A stretch of DNA of 64,000 bases from Octopus sinensis (taxonomy: Eukaryota), in contig NC_043005.1 in the NCBI RefSeq assembly GCF_006345805.1, positions 81,778,001 to 81,842,000 on the forward strand. The letters run 5' to 3'. Position 1 is the first letter of the stretch, and every line of letters starts with the position of its first letter. Made by a program: the position numbers and the translations under genes. The notes under the pieces were generated by a model. The model searched no databases. It saw nothing but the letters and a program-made list of their open reading frames with translations, and was not told the origin of the DNA. Shown here in pieces: positions 39,268 through 51,270 of the stretch.

Positions 39268-40724
39268 CATATATATATAATAGAAGAAATAGAGCACCAC
39301 ATTATAGGCGCAGATTATCTATGTGGTTGCAGAGATAAAACATATTTGTGAATTCATTAATAAATGAAAAACTGAGAATGTAATTTACCAGTCTCATGTA
39401 TCCTCCGATAATAAAAATAATATTTATATAAGAGAAACTAAAAATTAAATGAAGCTTAGATATAATTCCCATCTCTCAAGCTTCAGGAATACAAATATGG
39501 CTAATTCTACCGGATTAAGTAGCTACATCTGGGAACTTAAAGATAAAAACATTAATTATAGATTAGAATAGCGCATTCTAGCCATAACTCCTGTAATTTA
39601 TGCATAAATGAGAAATTCTTCATGTCCATGACCAAATCATAATTGCTTAATAAACGAGACGAGAAAAACTAGCATGCTTACATAAAGATAAATTCGTATT
39701 CTCTAAATAATACCTACCTTAGAGTACAGTTTATTAGCTGACTTGGCTAACCTCTGATTACCTCCCTTTGACCTCACAATTTACCACTAACGCGACATAA
39801 TATCATAAATCACAATTATATTCAATTTACTTAGATGAACTGCAATATTTATCTTAGATGCACAGTGTATACCCGGAGCTATAATTCTCATGAATATATT
39901 CATATTTAAGTTACATCCCTGACTAGCATACTAATTGTAAGTGCTGCCATTAACATATCTACTATTAAACGAGCGTTAATTCGTTTTAGATATATTAACG
40001 AGTAGTAAAGCATAGGCACACACAACAATACTTTGTTATATGTTATACATATTTACGTAACACAGTCATATACCATATGTGTTACGATTAATGATACTGG
40101 ATATTATTACCGGGTATAACTCATTCGACTAACACCGCCGGTGGACTGGTCATTTTCTCCACTTACTGCTCCATTCATCTACTAGAAGCAACTGTACGCA
40201 CAGATGCCATCTTTTAAGGACACAAAAATGTAACCCTAAAGTCCTAGCGATCATTTTCCTTTTCCTTTTCCTTTTTTTCCATTTGTTCTGTCAACTTTCG
40301 ATCTTTTGTTAATATTCCTCTGGTAAAGTACAAATAATTCTGATGGTGTTTGTTACATGGAACGAGGTAAGCGAAAGCTTACCTAAAAAATAACGCACTG
40401 AAACAGCTGTAAATGTTATCTTTACCATAAGTAAACTATGATCATTCAATACTAATGATCAACTAATTGTTATATGTTGCTCCATTTATTCTCTTATCTT
40501 ATCTGAAAATATTAAACAACGGTTTACAATCTACTGTTAAAATTACAAGACCTATGCATAGTTAGGTAATACACCAGTAGTACCTGCGGATACATTTATC
40601 TCTTAGATGGTTGGATAACCTCTAACTTATAAGTATATATATATATATATATATATTTATACATATGTATGTGTGTGTGGCTGCCTCTCTGCGGGTGTAC
40701 ACACATATATATATACATATATAT

Positions 40725-40900
40725 AATATTAATTAGAGACAAAACCACTATTATGCAAATCAAACAAAGAAAGACTTAATCCAATACATAAAAAAATTTA
40801 TATGAATTAAATAAAATTAAATTCGCCACTACAATTGTTTCGTGTCTCTTCTAAGGACATTCATCAGGTGGTATTCAGATCTTCTATTCAATTTTAACTT
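40725..40900 (-). mobile_element. PLE pLTR-like element (third HHR family) with ~105-nt tail ending in TA repeats
   Basis: Contains the HHR at 40826-40871; the AT-rich tail runs into atatatatacatatat at about 40724. Confidence 0.6.
40826..40871 (-). ncRNA. Minimal type I hammerhead ribozyme
   Basis: Reverse complement reads CCAC-CUGAUGA-A-UGUC-CUUAGAAGA-GACA-C-GAAA-CAAUUG-UA^GUGG. Helix III is the palindrome ACAAUUGU, the triplet is GUA, and 10.1/11.1 is A.C. Confidence 0.72.
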
Positions 40901-41410
40901 TTTCACGAAAGTTTATGATGTGAGTCACTCTTGATGAGGCCCAGATATAGCAGCAAACGGTGACATGTGTTTCGGTATGTCAGGGATGAAAATGATACGA
41001 AGGCTGACGATAAATTAGATGCTCTGATGAGAGTGGAAACAATTGTGTTTAAAGCAACGCAAAATGTTTCTTGCAAACTCCGTAAGAAGATTTTACTACT
41101 GAAGTTTAAAATTTTCTTCAGCTCTGCTGTGCCGACAACACTAATGAAGCAAATATCTTCAATAAAAGTCAGTAGGCGTTTCGATGAACTTGAGTGTCTG
41201 TGTTGATCATTAGCAGTTCCAAGGATAGTCAAATATGATAGTTTTTACGAAATTTGGATTTGATTCCCGACAGGAAGAAGGAAGGCTGCGAGACTAGAAC
41301 CAGAAAGCGAGAGCAAACTGTTTCAAAAATTATAATTGAGATGCCATGAACGTTCATTAGATGACTTATATAAAGAGGACTTCCCAAAGAAGATATGACA
41401 CCATAACAAC

Positions 41411-41545
<135 letters not shown>

Positions 41546-41557
41546 TACTGTTCCGTG

Positions 41558-41899
41558 GTGAAGGCGCATGGCTCAGTGGTTAGAGCGTCGAGCTTACGAT
41601 CGTGAGGTTGTGAGCTCGAATCCCGGACCGGGCTGCGTGTTGTGTTCTCGAGCAAGGCACTTTATTTCACGTTGCTCCAGTTCACTCAGCTGTAGAAATG
41701 AGTTGCGACGTCACAGGTGCCAAGCTGTATCGACCTTTGTCTTTCCCTTGGATAACACTGGTGGCGTGGAGAGGGGAGGATGGTATGCATGGGCGACTGC
41801 TGGTCTTCCATAAACAACCTTGCCCGGACTTGTGTCTAGGAGGGTAACTTTCTAGGTGCAATCCCATGGTCATTCATGACCGAAGGGGGTCTTTACCCT
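41558..41899 (+). mobile_element. Full-length tRNA-derived SINE family C with 12-bp target-site duplication
   Basis: A box tggctcagtgg (41569) and B box gctcgaatccc (41614). The duplication tactgttccgtg is at 41546-41557 and 41900-41911. Confidence 0.92.
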
Positions 41900-42119
41900 T
41901 ACTGTTCCGTGATAGAAAATTCATCATCAAACAGTATTCTCTACGTGATTTGTGCCGGAAGAATATGTTTGAGTATCTCTCAGCGTTTGAAACTATTAGC
42001 AGCGTTTAGACAGATGCATTGTGTCCTTTAAAAAATAGTATATGTGTGATTCTGTGTGTGTGTGTCTGTGTGTGCGTGTATGTGTGTTGGTAGAGCCAGA
42101 GAGAGGGGAGCGACAAACA

Positions 42120-42157
<38 letters not shown>

Positions 42158-42159
<2 letters not shown>

Positions 42160-42289
42160 GGAGTAAACACATAAATGTGAAACAAGGTGGAAAAAAGAGT
42201 ACTCAAATACCAGCAGAAAATTCAACAAAATCTGTTACTCAGAGTTTCTCGTTGCCGTTCATCAGACAGTTTTTGTTAGAATGGAACCG
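42158..42289 (-). mobile_element. Small PLE pLTR-like element (fourth HHR family) with 78-nt tail ending in (TA)n
   Basis: Contains the HHR at 42232-42269; perfect (TA)n at 42122-42157 abuts the tail. Confidence 0.65.
42232..42269 (-). ncRNA. Minimal type I hammerhead ribozyme (38 nt)
   Basis: Reverse complement reads CUGU-CUGAUGA-A-CG-GCAA-CG-A-GAAA-CUC-U-GAG-UA^ACAG. Helix III is ACUC-U-GAGU (self-complementary), loop 2 is a GNRA tetraloop, and 10.1/11.1 is A.A. Confidence 0.68.
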
Positions 42290-43359
42290 ATATATATGGA
42301 TATATGTAAGCCTATATGTATGTTTCATGTGTATTATATATACACACATACATGTATAACGAGGTCGTATCAAGAAGGCCTCGAACTAGTTAATGTCTAT
42401 TAAAAATAACTTATTTACGTAAGTTTTGGAAATAATTATCTTGCGCAGCAATACACCGGTCCCAGCATTAAGGGTACAATCGACCAGCCCTTAATCCCAA
42501 ATTACTATCATTGTATCATTTGTAGAGAGGAGTATTATATGACGACCAACTGTAACTACAGTGGATGTCTTCACCCGAATTCTATATTCTCTACTCCATT
42601 ATGTGCATTATCTCCTCGTACTCAAATACTTTTCATTATCTTAATTTTGCACTGAATATGCTCCGCTAGACTATGATTACATTCTAATAAATAATGATGC
42701 TTGAGGGAAATACGTGACTGAATCGATAACATGTCAGTCTACAAATCAGGATGTGGTGCATGCATTGTATACTGTCATCACATCCGCACACTCCATGGAA
42801 GACGTAGAATTTTGTTTGCTATTTATTCTCATATTAAAGCTGATTAAACTTTAGTACGATCAATACGTTCAGTGTGTGACAATCTTTTGGAGTTTGTTAA
42901 GGTTTCTCTCTCTCTCTATATATATTTTTTATTTGCTTTGCACTCAGATACTGTGGATCTATGTCTGCATTATGCAATGAGCTGATCCTCTGTTTGTTTA
43001 TTTAGTTATTTTCCAAATTATAGTTTACGGATTGAAAATCTTACGACGGTTTTGAATACGAATATTCAGTTATTCGAGCTCTTAAAGCACCTGCTTATTG
43101 AATCATCTAGTATTGAGAGTCGCATTGCAAACACGCCGGAGCCATTAATGTAATTCTGAGGCGACATCACTATAACACTGTGTGACAAAGATGCATCGTA
43201 TAATTCCAGGTATGACGCAACTAAATACAACTTTAAATCCAAACAACTGCTAGTATCAAACTTAACTAGATCTTAGCTGATGGAGACTTAACCACGCAGC
43301 AATGTGTCTTAAACTATACATACACCATATCTCAAGAGATATACTGCATTATATAAAAC

Positions 43360-43367
43360 GCATGTAT

Positions 43368-43440
<73 letters not shown>

Positions 43441-43674
43441 GTTACCTTCGAAAATGCGGAGTAGATGAAAGAGGGACAACTGAAGAAGGGGAATATTCCT
43501 TGTGTTGTATGCCTTGTACTCTGTTTTTTTCGTTGTTTGAAAAGAAGTTCGTTTCTAAGTTTTTGTTTTTATGTTTTCGTTTCTCATTGTGTTCCACGTT
43601 TTTTTTTATGTCCTGTACCCAAATATGCATGTATATATACATATATATGTAGGTATGTACATATATGTATGCAT

Positions 43675-43707
<33 letters not shown>

Positions 43708-43852
43708 GTGTGTATATGCATATATATATATATATGTGTGTATATGCATATATATATATATATGTGTATATGCATATATATATATATATGTGTGTATATG
43801 CATATATATATATATATATGTGTATATGCATATATATATATATATGTCTATA

Positions 43853-43925
<73 letters not shown>

Positions 43926-43935
43926 TCACACACAC
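43360..43935. repeat. (TA)n arrays interrupted by a ~170-bp unclassified repeat (43441-43620)
   Basis: Directly visible. The insert has CTGAAGA but no matching GAAA half. Confidence 0.85.
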
Positions 43936-44797
43936 AGAGCAGGAGACATTGTTTGTATGTTTGAATATTGAATGCGTATGTACGAGCGAGCAAACTTTGT
44001 AACCGAGTAGTCAATTTTGTGGGCTACATATCGCAAGAAAGTCATGCATGAAATTATTAATTGACTTTTACCGATACTACATTTTAAGCAACTTTTATGA
44101 TGGAGTTATTGGCCCTTTAAATGAACATCATTTCCCTGTCGATGAACTTGTTAACGACGAAAGATTGATAGGCAAGGAAATTTTTCATATACTTGAATGG
44201 AGAAATACTGGGACAGAAAAAAAAACATCGGTCCAGCGGTTACGTTTACACAAGCCGTGCCAGCCCCATCATTACAAACACGAAAATGCATGCTGAAGAA
44301 GAAAGAATCTGTTTTGAAGAACGAGGAACCTGAAGAATTTGAAAATGTGGTTCATTTGAGAACGCTTCGTGTCATATAAGTTTGTAGGAAGGACTTTTAA
44401 TTCTTAATCGTTCATCGCTATTTTGTAAAAGATATGATGTACAGATATAGAGTTATATATAACACGTTCGTTTTCAGACCTTTGCTAAAGATACTCATTC
44501 GGAAGAGAAAATGTTTACAGAAATTATTTGTGAAAACAGTTAACTGGGTTACAAATGATATCATCGGACCATAGTTTATACTGTTATCTTTCATCGATGA
44601 TGGACATTGAATCCATCATCCACAGCTCACTAAGAACGGTTGATCTGAAATGTAAACACCAAATGATATCTTTGATGATGTGTGCAAAGATATGACGAGC
44701 TGGAATTAATTAAATAGAAGCACACTTAGTAGCGATGGTTTATATTTAGTACATTATATGCGTAGATTAATATCTACACTCAATATATGAACTCAAA

Positions 44798-45010
44798 GGA
44801 CGGCAAGCTCATAGAATCGTTAGCACGCCGTGCAAAATGCCTAACTACATTTCGTCTATGTTTAAGTTGTACGTTCTAATTTCACCGTGGTCTAACGTGC
44901 CTTTCATCCCTTCGGACTCGATAAAGTAAGTAGCAATTGAACGACGGATTTGATGTTATCGACTTGCCTCTCCCTCAGATTTTAGCCCTTGTACCTATAA
45001 TAGAATGTAA
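44798..45010 (+). mobile_element. Degenerate SINE family A
   Basis: gaatcgttagcacgccg.gcaaaatg...gcctttcatcccttcgg..tcgataa. Confidence 0.75.
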
Positions 45011-45081
45011 TATGTGCACACAAGATATACGGTTCGTTGTCACAGTATAGAGTAACGACTATACTGTAGTAATATTATATA

Positions 45082-45574
45082 TTGGGTCATCCCATAAATA
45101 ATGCGGTTTTTTTCAATTGCATAAACTAAAAGTCGGAGGAGGATGGGATAAACAACCTGCGTCAACTTTCTATAAAAGCAGGTAATAATGTTACCTTAAA
45201 CTTATTCTTAGTACAAGTTTTGAAGAGTGCAGTTCGATTGTAACAGTTATTTTTTCAAAGCTATAATGGAAGTGACATATTTCGCTTTATGAGTTCAATA
45301 AAAGCAACAACGAAACAGGAAGTGAGAAGAATATTGTCGTAGTACATGAGGATCGGACAATAAGTGTAAGTCAGGGTTAATGGTTATTCCAAAAATTCCG
45401 AACCAGAAACTACAGCCTAGAAGACGCTAGAAGAAAAAACGACCATCTTTGGGTTCAGGACGAAAGGTGTTCTTCCATTAGGATAATGTTCGGCTACATA
45501 CAGCGAGGATGACATTCCAAAGGATGGAGCACTTTGAATGGGAAATGATGCCCTACCTCCCATATTCGCCGGAC
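45082..45574 (+). mobile_element. Internally deleted mariner transposon (5' TIR, HTH region joined to catalytic segment)
   Basis: TA followed by ttgggtcatcccataaataatgcgg (mariner-type end); ATG at 45266. Reads LYEFNKS..ISVSQG*WLFQKFRTRNYSLED, then RKVFFH*DNVRLHTA...FEWEMMPYLPYSPD (compare HDNARPH...PHPPYSPD). Confidence 0.85.
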
Positions 45575-45639
45575 AAACACACACATGCACACACAAAGAC
45601 GCACACAGAAACACACACACAGATATATGTATGTATACA

Positions 45640-45840
45640 TTCTTGATGTGAGACCGTGTGTTGAAACATATTTTTGTATTTCGGGATGGTAATTTTTTTA
45701 TTTTTTCGCCATATAAACACACGCACTATATATTCCTTCATTCGGTTATTACTGGTCCTGCTCTAACTCATGTCCATTGCCCTGAAATATTTGGTCACAC
45801 ATCTATGACCTCTTCAGCGACACTTTCCATCTTTATGTAG
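45640..45840 (-). mobile_element. Probable PLE pLTR-like remnant with a degenerate HHR
   Basis: Reverse complement has CUGAAGA-GGUCA-UAGAUGUG-UGACC-AAA: a 5-bp helix II but G12 is missing and helix I does not pair. A tail leads to a TA/TG tract. Confidence 0.35.
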
Positions 45841-45879
45841 TGTGTGCACGTGTGTGAGTGTGTGTGTGCATATATATAT

Positions 45880-46082
45880 ATTTCTTTACTACCCACAAGG
45901 GGCTAAACATAGAGAGGACAAACAAGGACAGACAAAGGGATTAAGTCGATTACATCGACCCCAGTGCGAAACTGGTACTTTATTTATCGACCTCGGCGGA
46001 ATTTGAACTCAGAACGTAACGGCAGCCGAAATACCGCTAAGCATCTAGCCCGGCGCGCTAAAGTTTCTGCCAGCTCGCCGCC
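45880..46082 (-). mobile_element. SINE family A with internal deletion
   Basis: Reverse complement of ggcggcgagctggcagaaac...cttgtgggtagtaaagaaa. tcgaccccgaaaggatgaaaggcaaag is collapsed at the tcgacc repeat. Confidence 0.9.
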
Positions 46083-48049
46083 TTGTGTGTGTGTATATAT
46101 ACATATCTATACATACACACTCAGATATACATATGTATTTATCTATATACAGAGAAGGGGAGAGAGGGAGAGAGGATTATGAGGGTTTTGAAAGACGCAT
46201 ATATGTTAATGTGATGTTTAGGAGCATGTCTGCTTGTCCTTGCATGTTCTATATACATACATCTGCCCCTACGCCTGTATATGTTTCTGTATACGCATAT
46301 AATTACTTATATGTGTTACTTTCTTTAAATCTATTTGTATTTGTATGGCTTCTCACAACTCCAGCTCTTACCCATCGCATAAAAGTACATAAGTAAATAA
46401 TATTTATATTATGTAAATAGATGCACGATCCCACAATACATAGGCCATAATTTAAGCTCAACATTTATCAGATCTGCCCAAGGTGAATTGGCAGCCTTTA
46501 TGTTTGTGCTACGAAAACCATTACCCACAGAAAACAGAAAAAAATATAGGTATATGCAAGATGATACGCAACGACGAGGTATATGCTATTACATGTAAGG
46601 AAATATCTTCATACCTTAACTGAAAATATCAATAAAGCTATGAGCTGTGACTGAATAATATAAGTAAATATCTATAACGCCCTTGGTGTTTCTGTATTTA
46701 TACGGAAATAAAATACAAACTTGATAGAAAAACATGGGGACATGATTCTGTATGATCTTACCTTACCTGCCACAATTTTAAAGGAGAGGAAATTAAGATT
46801 GTGTGACGTTCATGTGCTTTTGCATAGGCATTAGCGGAATAATCTATATATTGATTTTTGTGGTATCATGTTGTTGCATACTTACCAAAAAAAAAAAAAA
46901 AAAGGAAATGTGTGTTCATGACAACCCTTTCATTTTCTCAATTGTATTATTGGACGGAGCGAAGTGAATCAGTTGTAGCTATGAATAGATACCTGATCAT
47001 AGGCACTGCTCAACAGGCAACTACCACATTCGAGTAGATATTCGAATGTGCCTTCTAAAAGTCGTATAGAATATTTGCTGGTATTCATCTCATCTATTTT
47101 CCCGTTGTAATGTGGATGTTACACTTTAAGCGTTCTCCGCACTCCAGGTAGCATACTGATAGAAGCTGCAATATCTAGTTGTAAAAGTATGATAATAATA
47201 CGGTACAGGAGGTTAACAAAGGAACATGGAAAGCAAGATAAAACTCGCAGGATAGCTACGGACATGTTCAATCCCTCATGAGTCATCCACCAAATATCTT
47301 CACGATTTCGATACCCTGCACATGTTAGCTTCCACGAGGATAAGTTTGAAACTGTTGGTATCTAGTGCATGTCACTTTTGTTTCATCTTCATTGGTTTCA
47401 ATGAATGGCAGCAGATATAAGTGAAAAGATTAAGAGTTCGTAAGTTTCCTATGGGTAAAGATCCTCATTAACTATCAACATTGCAGAATATCTCCCCCAA
47501 GACTAGGAGACATTATAAATGGGTACTTTCTGGTCGAAGGCTAGATTGTAGGGAATCTCAAAGTAGAACTGAACCCGAGAGATTAGGCACATAGGTCTAC
47601 AAGTGGTACCCAGCCACATTTCCGTTTATGGCTTAATAGTAAAGACAAAGGCATGTAAGTTAATGCACCTAGTACAAGGGTACTCCAATCAGATATATAG
47701 GTACCAACTGTACCACGTCCCGTATCGCATGATGCCTGGCGATTTCGGAGATAACGGTGGATAATTGCATATGCTTAAACAATAAAACAGAAATAAGATG
47801 AATTGCACTCTACCACTATCTTTGAACAATCAGGAAGTGTAGGAGTGTGGGAGAAACAGCTTTTGAAAATGAAATAATTCGGCAGGAAGGAGGAAAGAAA
47901 AGGCACCTTTGAGGCCTCGCCTCATGTGTGACCTAAGGAAATCATTATTAGTCTTATGTATTCCGGTGCGTTAGCCACCTACATCGCGTGACAAAGTAAT
48001 ACCAACAACAACGAGAATTACAATAATAATAATAATAGTAGTAGTAGTA

Positions 48050-48083
<34 letters not shown>

Positions 48084-48084
<1 letters not shown>

Positions 48085-48370
48085 AAGATCTGGAAATAGA
48101 GGATACTCGAATACGGGGCCTAAAAGCAGAAACAGTTCCTATTATAGTAGGCGCATTAGGTATGATGAAAAAACATTCAGATAAATACATAACATAAACA
48201 CCAGGACTTATATATAGCATAGAGAAAATAGCACTACTAGGCTCCGCACACATCCAACAATTTCAATACAGTGGCAATGAGTACACCACAACAAACTATA
48301 GCACACACACAAGGCACAAAAAGCTGCACTCGGTAGTACAGTAAATGCACGTGATAAAAATGAGACTACT
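48084..48370 (+). mobile_element. R4/Dong-type RLE LINE 3' fragment
   Basis: KDLEIEDTRIRGLKAETVPIIVGALGMMKKHSDKYI...IEKIALLGSAHI is the C-terminal motif of RLE LINEs; preceded by (AAT)(AGT)n. Confidence 0.8.
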
Positions 48371-48390
48371 GAATAACAAGAAGAAGAAGA

Positions 48391-48836
48391 AGAATGATAA
48401 GCAACTTGAAGGCACGATAAGACCGGATCTAGAGGTGGTCCACAAGATGCCCCACATGTGCTATATAGGTGATGTTGCGTGCCCCTTTTGACCCACGAAT
48501 AGTCAAGAAGGAAGGCGAAAATAAATGTCTACAACCGTCTTAAGTACGAAATAATCCAGCTATGTAAAATTAAGGTGAAGATAGTGCCAATTATTGTTGG
48601 CTCCTTGGGTACAGTACAAGACGGCGTCAAGAGGAATATAAATGAAATCGAAATAGAGTACCCAGTAGAACTTTTACAAAAGGTTTGTCTCCTCCGCACG
48701 GCCAGAGTAAACAAGTAAGTATTAGATAGTTGAAAAGAACAGCTAGCACGGTACTACAGGCTGCAGGTAGCCAGCCCGCTACTCATGCAAGACTCCAGGA
48801 GCAATAATAAAACCCGAGATAATGATAATAATAATA
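48391..48836 (+). mobile_element. Second, different R4/Dong-type RLE LINE 3' fragment with 3'UTR and (AAT)n tail
   Basis: RPDLEVVHK...(fs)IGDVACPFDPRIVKKEGE...YNRLKYEI...VKIVPIIVGSLG...LLQKVCLLRTARV forms a PD-(D/E)xK RLE; stop at 48731-48733. Confidence 0.8.
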
Positions 48837-48837
48837 A

Positions 48838-49380
48838 TCCTTTCTACTATAGGTGGAAACCCTGAGATTTTTGTGGAGAAGGGTTGTCAATTACATGGAC
48901 TCCAGTAGGCTGGAAATTATTTCATTGACCTCGAAGAACGAAAGTCAAAGTCGGTCCCGGTGGAATTTGAACTGGGAACGAAAAACCCATAAAAATTCCG
49001 CACAACTTTAATGATAATAATGATCTTTTCTACTATAGGCACAAGGCCTGAAATTTAAGGGGAGGGACTAGTCGATTACATCGACCACAGTACGCAGCTG
49101 GTTCTTAATTTGTTGACCACAAAAGGATGAAAAGCAAAATCGACCACGGTGGAATTTGAACTCAGAACGTAGCGACGGGCGAAATACTGCTAAGCACTTT
49201 GTCCAGCGTGCTAATGATTCCGCCAGCCCACCGCCTTCTGTTAATGATATTAATCCTTTTTAGTGTTGCGTATGTAACTGGTACTTATTTCATCGACACC
49301 CAAATGGATGAAAGAAAAGCCAACCTTGGTGGGATTTGAACTTAGAAAGTTAAGCTGAAAGGAATGCTGCTAAGCTTCAA
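48838..49380 (-). mobile_element. Three consecutive same-orientation SINE family A variants (48838-48990, 49023-49236, 49270-49380)
   Basis: Each carries ggtggaatttgaact (reverse B box); the first two are preceded by (aat)-type tails. Confidence 0.8.
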
Positions 49381-50924
49381 AGATAATGATTAAAAACCTA
49401 GGTGAACTGTATCGATTGAAAATGATATGATATTGAAATGATACTGAAGACGATATGATACTGCTGCATCTGAAAATAAGCATCAACATGATAAAGTAAT
49501 CTACTTGGCATTGCTGACGTTCCCAATACTGAGAGGTAATGAATAAATTATTCACTAAAACATTGCCACAGACATGCTCTGGTGATCTATAAGTTGCTTG
49601 GCTAATACAGTCTTTTATCTGCACCAATAATGTTTTAGACAATATATACTTAGAAAACATTATACGCATAACGCGTTCTTTTGTGTCTGTACAAATACAC
49701 TGTAATTTTACATGGTGTAAAATTTAATTCAGGCAGCTAATAATCTTAAATGCCAGTTATATAGATTGCAAGGAGAGATACCTCCGTTTTATATTATAGC
49801 TTTCAGTGGTCAGTATTACTTGCACGGTTTGTCAATGTTTAGAAATGAGGAAACGTATTCTCGTCGTCCACATTGAATATAATTAACTGCAAGGCTTTTA
49901 ACGTACATTCTCCCCGTGCATGCGAATCTGATGTAGTTATAATTAAAACGAAACGTGCGTGTGTTTTAAAAACTATGCATGTGTATTTGATTCTATGCCG
50001 CAAGTTGATTGAAATAACGTGCATGCGTAACTATTATTCACAATATACAACTGATTTCGGTTTGATACATCACTTTCTTTAACTTACTTGTGAAATACAA
50101 AGAGATTTCCTCCAGAGAAAATGCTTATATCTATTGCTTAGCTGTTGTTAAACTCTAAACTAAATAATTGTCGCACATGTATTGGTAAATGATCATATAT
50201 ACAGTACATTTCTAGACCTCTCATCGGTATAATCAGAACAGTTATGACAGAACATCTATAAATTAATCAATTACACTACAGTAGAAAGTATATTGAAAAC
50301 ATTTCTACATTGATAAGCGAGGGCCAAACATTTTCTGCTGTGAAGTAGCTACTTGAAGGGAGAAAAGAGTGTTAGCTGTGAGTTTCCAGAGGAAACGGGT
50401 AGCTGTTATGTTATATAATTATATAGTTATATAGTTAAAGTGTTAGATTAAGGAACGAGTAGAGAGGAACATATATATAGCGTGTTTAGCTCTGGACCAT
50501 ATAGATTAGCTGAAAATAGATGCAAAGATAAATAGAAAGAAAAACGAGAGAGAGGATGATAGTGTGTGAGAAGGAGAGATTTTTAAGATTACTTCCTGGT
50601 GTAATGAGAACCATAGTAGAGAAAGAACTCACCAAATGGAAACATAAATATATAACTGTCAGCTATTTTTACAGAGATTGAACCTTCAATTTGATAGCAT
50701 TGCCCGAATCAAATGCAACCATCTTACATTTTCAAACTAAGTTTGGAATTTATACGGATAGTGCTATGCAAATAATTTTATATTTCTCACTGAGTCAAAT
50801 AATTTTCTATTGCTATATGGTACCTCTATCTCAGAGAAATCAGTAAATGTGTTAGGTACATCTGAATGCTGACGTAATAATACTCAATCTGTCTCAATGT
50901 TTGGAAACGAAACCAAATCCATCC

Positions 50925-50958
<34 letters not shown>

Positions 50959-51040
50959 TTATCTATCTATCAATCTATCTATTTATTTATTTGTATATCT
51001 ATTCATATATGTATCTATCTATGTCTTTATCTAAGTACCC
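50925..51040. repeat. (CTAT)n microsatellite
   Basis: Directly visible. Confidence 0.9.
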
Positions 51041-51089
51041 ATCTACTTCCTTTAATATATACATATTTTTTCGCCACCACCACCTGACA

Positions 51090-51270
51090 AGGGGTGCCCA
51101 TGTGTTTTACTCCCCGTAAAATAGCGGTTCAGCAAAACAGAAAGATAAAATAAGTACCAGACATTAAAAAAATAAACAGTGTGAATTTCATTCATTCAAT
51201 TAAAATTTCTTCAAAGCAGTGCCCCAGCATGACCCTAAATTGATGACTGAAACAAGTAAAAGATAAAAAA
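51090..51270 (+). mobile_element. SINE family B, 3' half
   Basis: agcggttcagcaaaa...taagtaccag...gcagtgccccagcatg...gactgaaacaagtaaaagat. Confidence 0.75.

Noticed and set aside
41024-41050. Plus-strand CTGATGA-gagtg-GAAA-CAATTG-TG, sharing helix III with the neighbouring HHR
   Set aside because: Position 17 is G (not cleavable), there is no helix II and no helix I; treated as coincidence or a relic.
42358-42440. Possible mariner/MITE terminal fragment (cgaggtcgtatcaag...ttatttacgtaagtttt)
   Set aside because: Resemblance is from memory only; no partner TIR or coding sequence in the window.
43441-43620. Island in (TA)n containing CTGAAGA
   Set aside because: No downstream GAAA/UH half and no consistent type II fold; left as an unclassified repeat.
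44325-44358. GAAC-CTGAAGA-attt-GAAA-atgtg-GTTC
   Set aside because: Helix I is present but helices II and III are not formed and N17 would be G; it lies in a coding-like stretch.
49370-49669. 99-aa minus ORF containing YRSPE (kinase-like)
   Set aside because: No other kinase motifs (DFG, HRD, DxWSxG) and no convincing splice sites.
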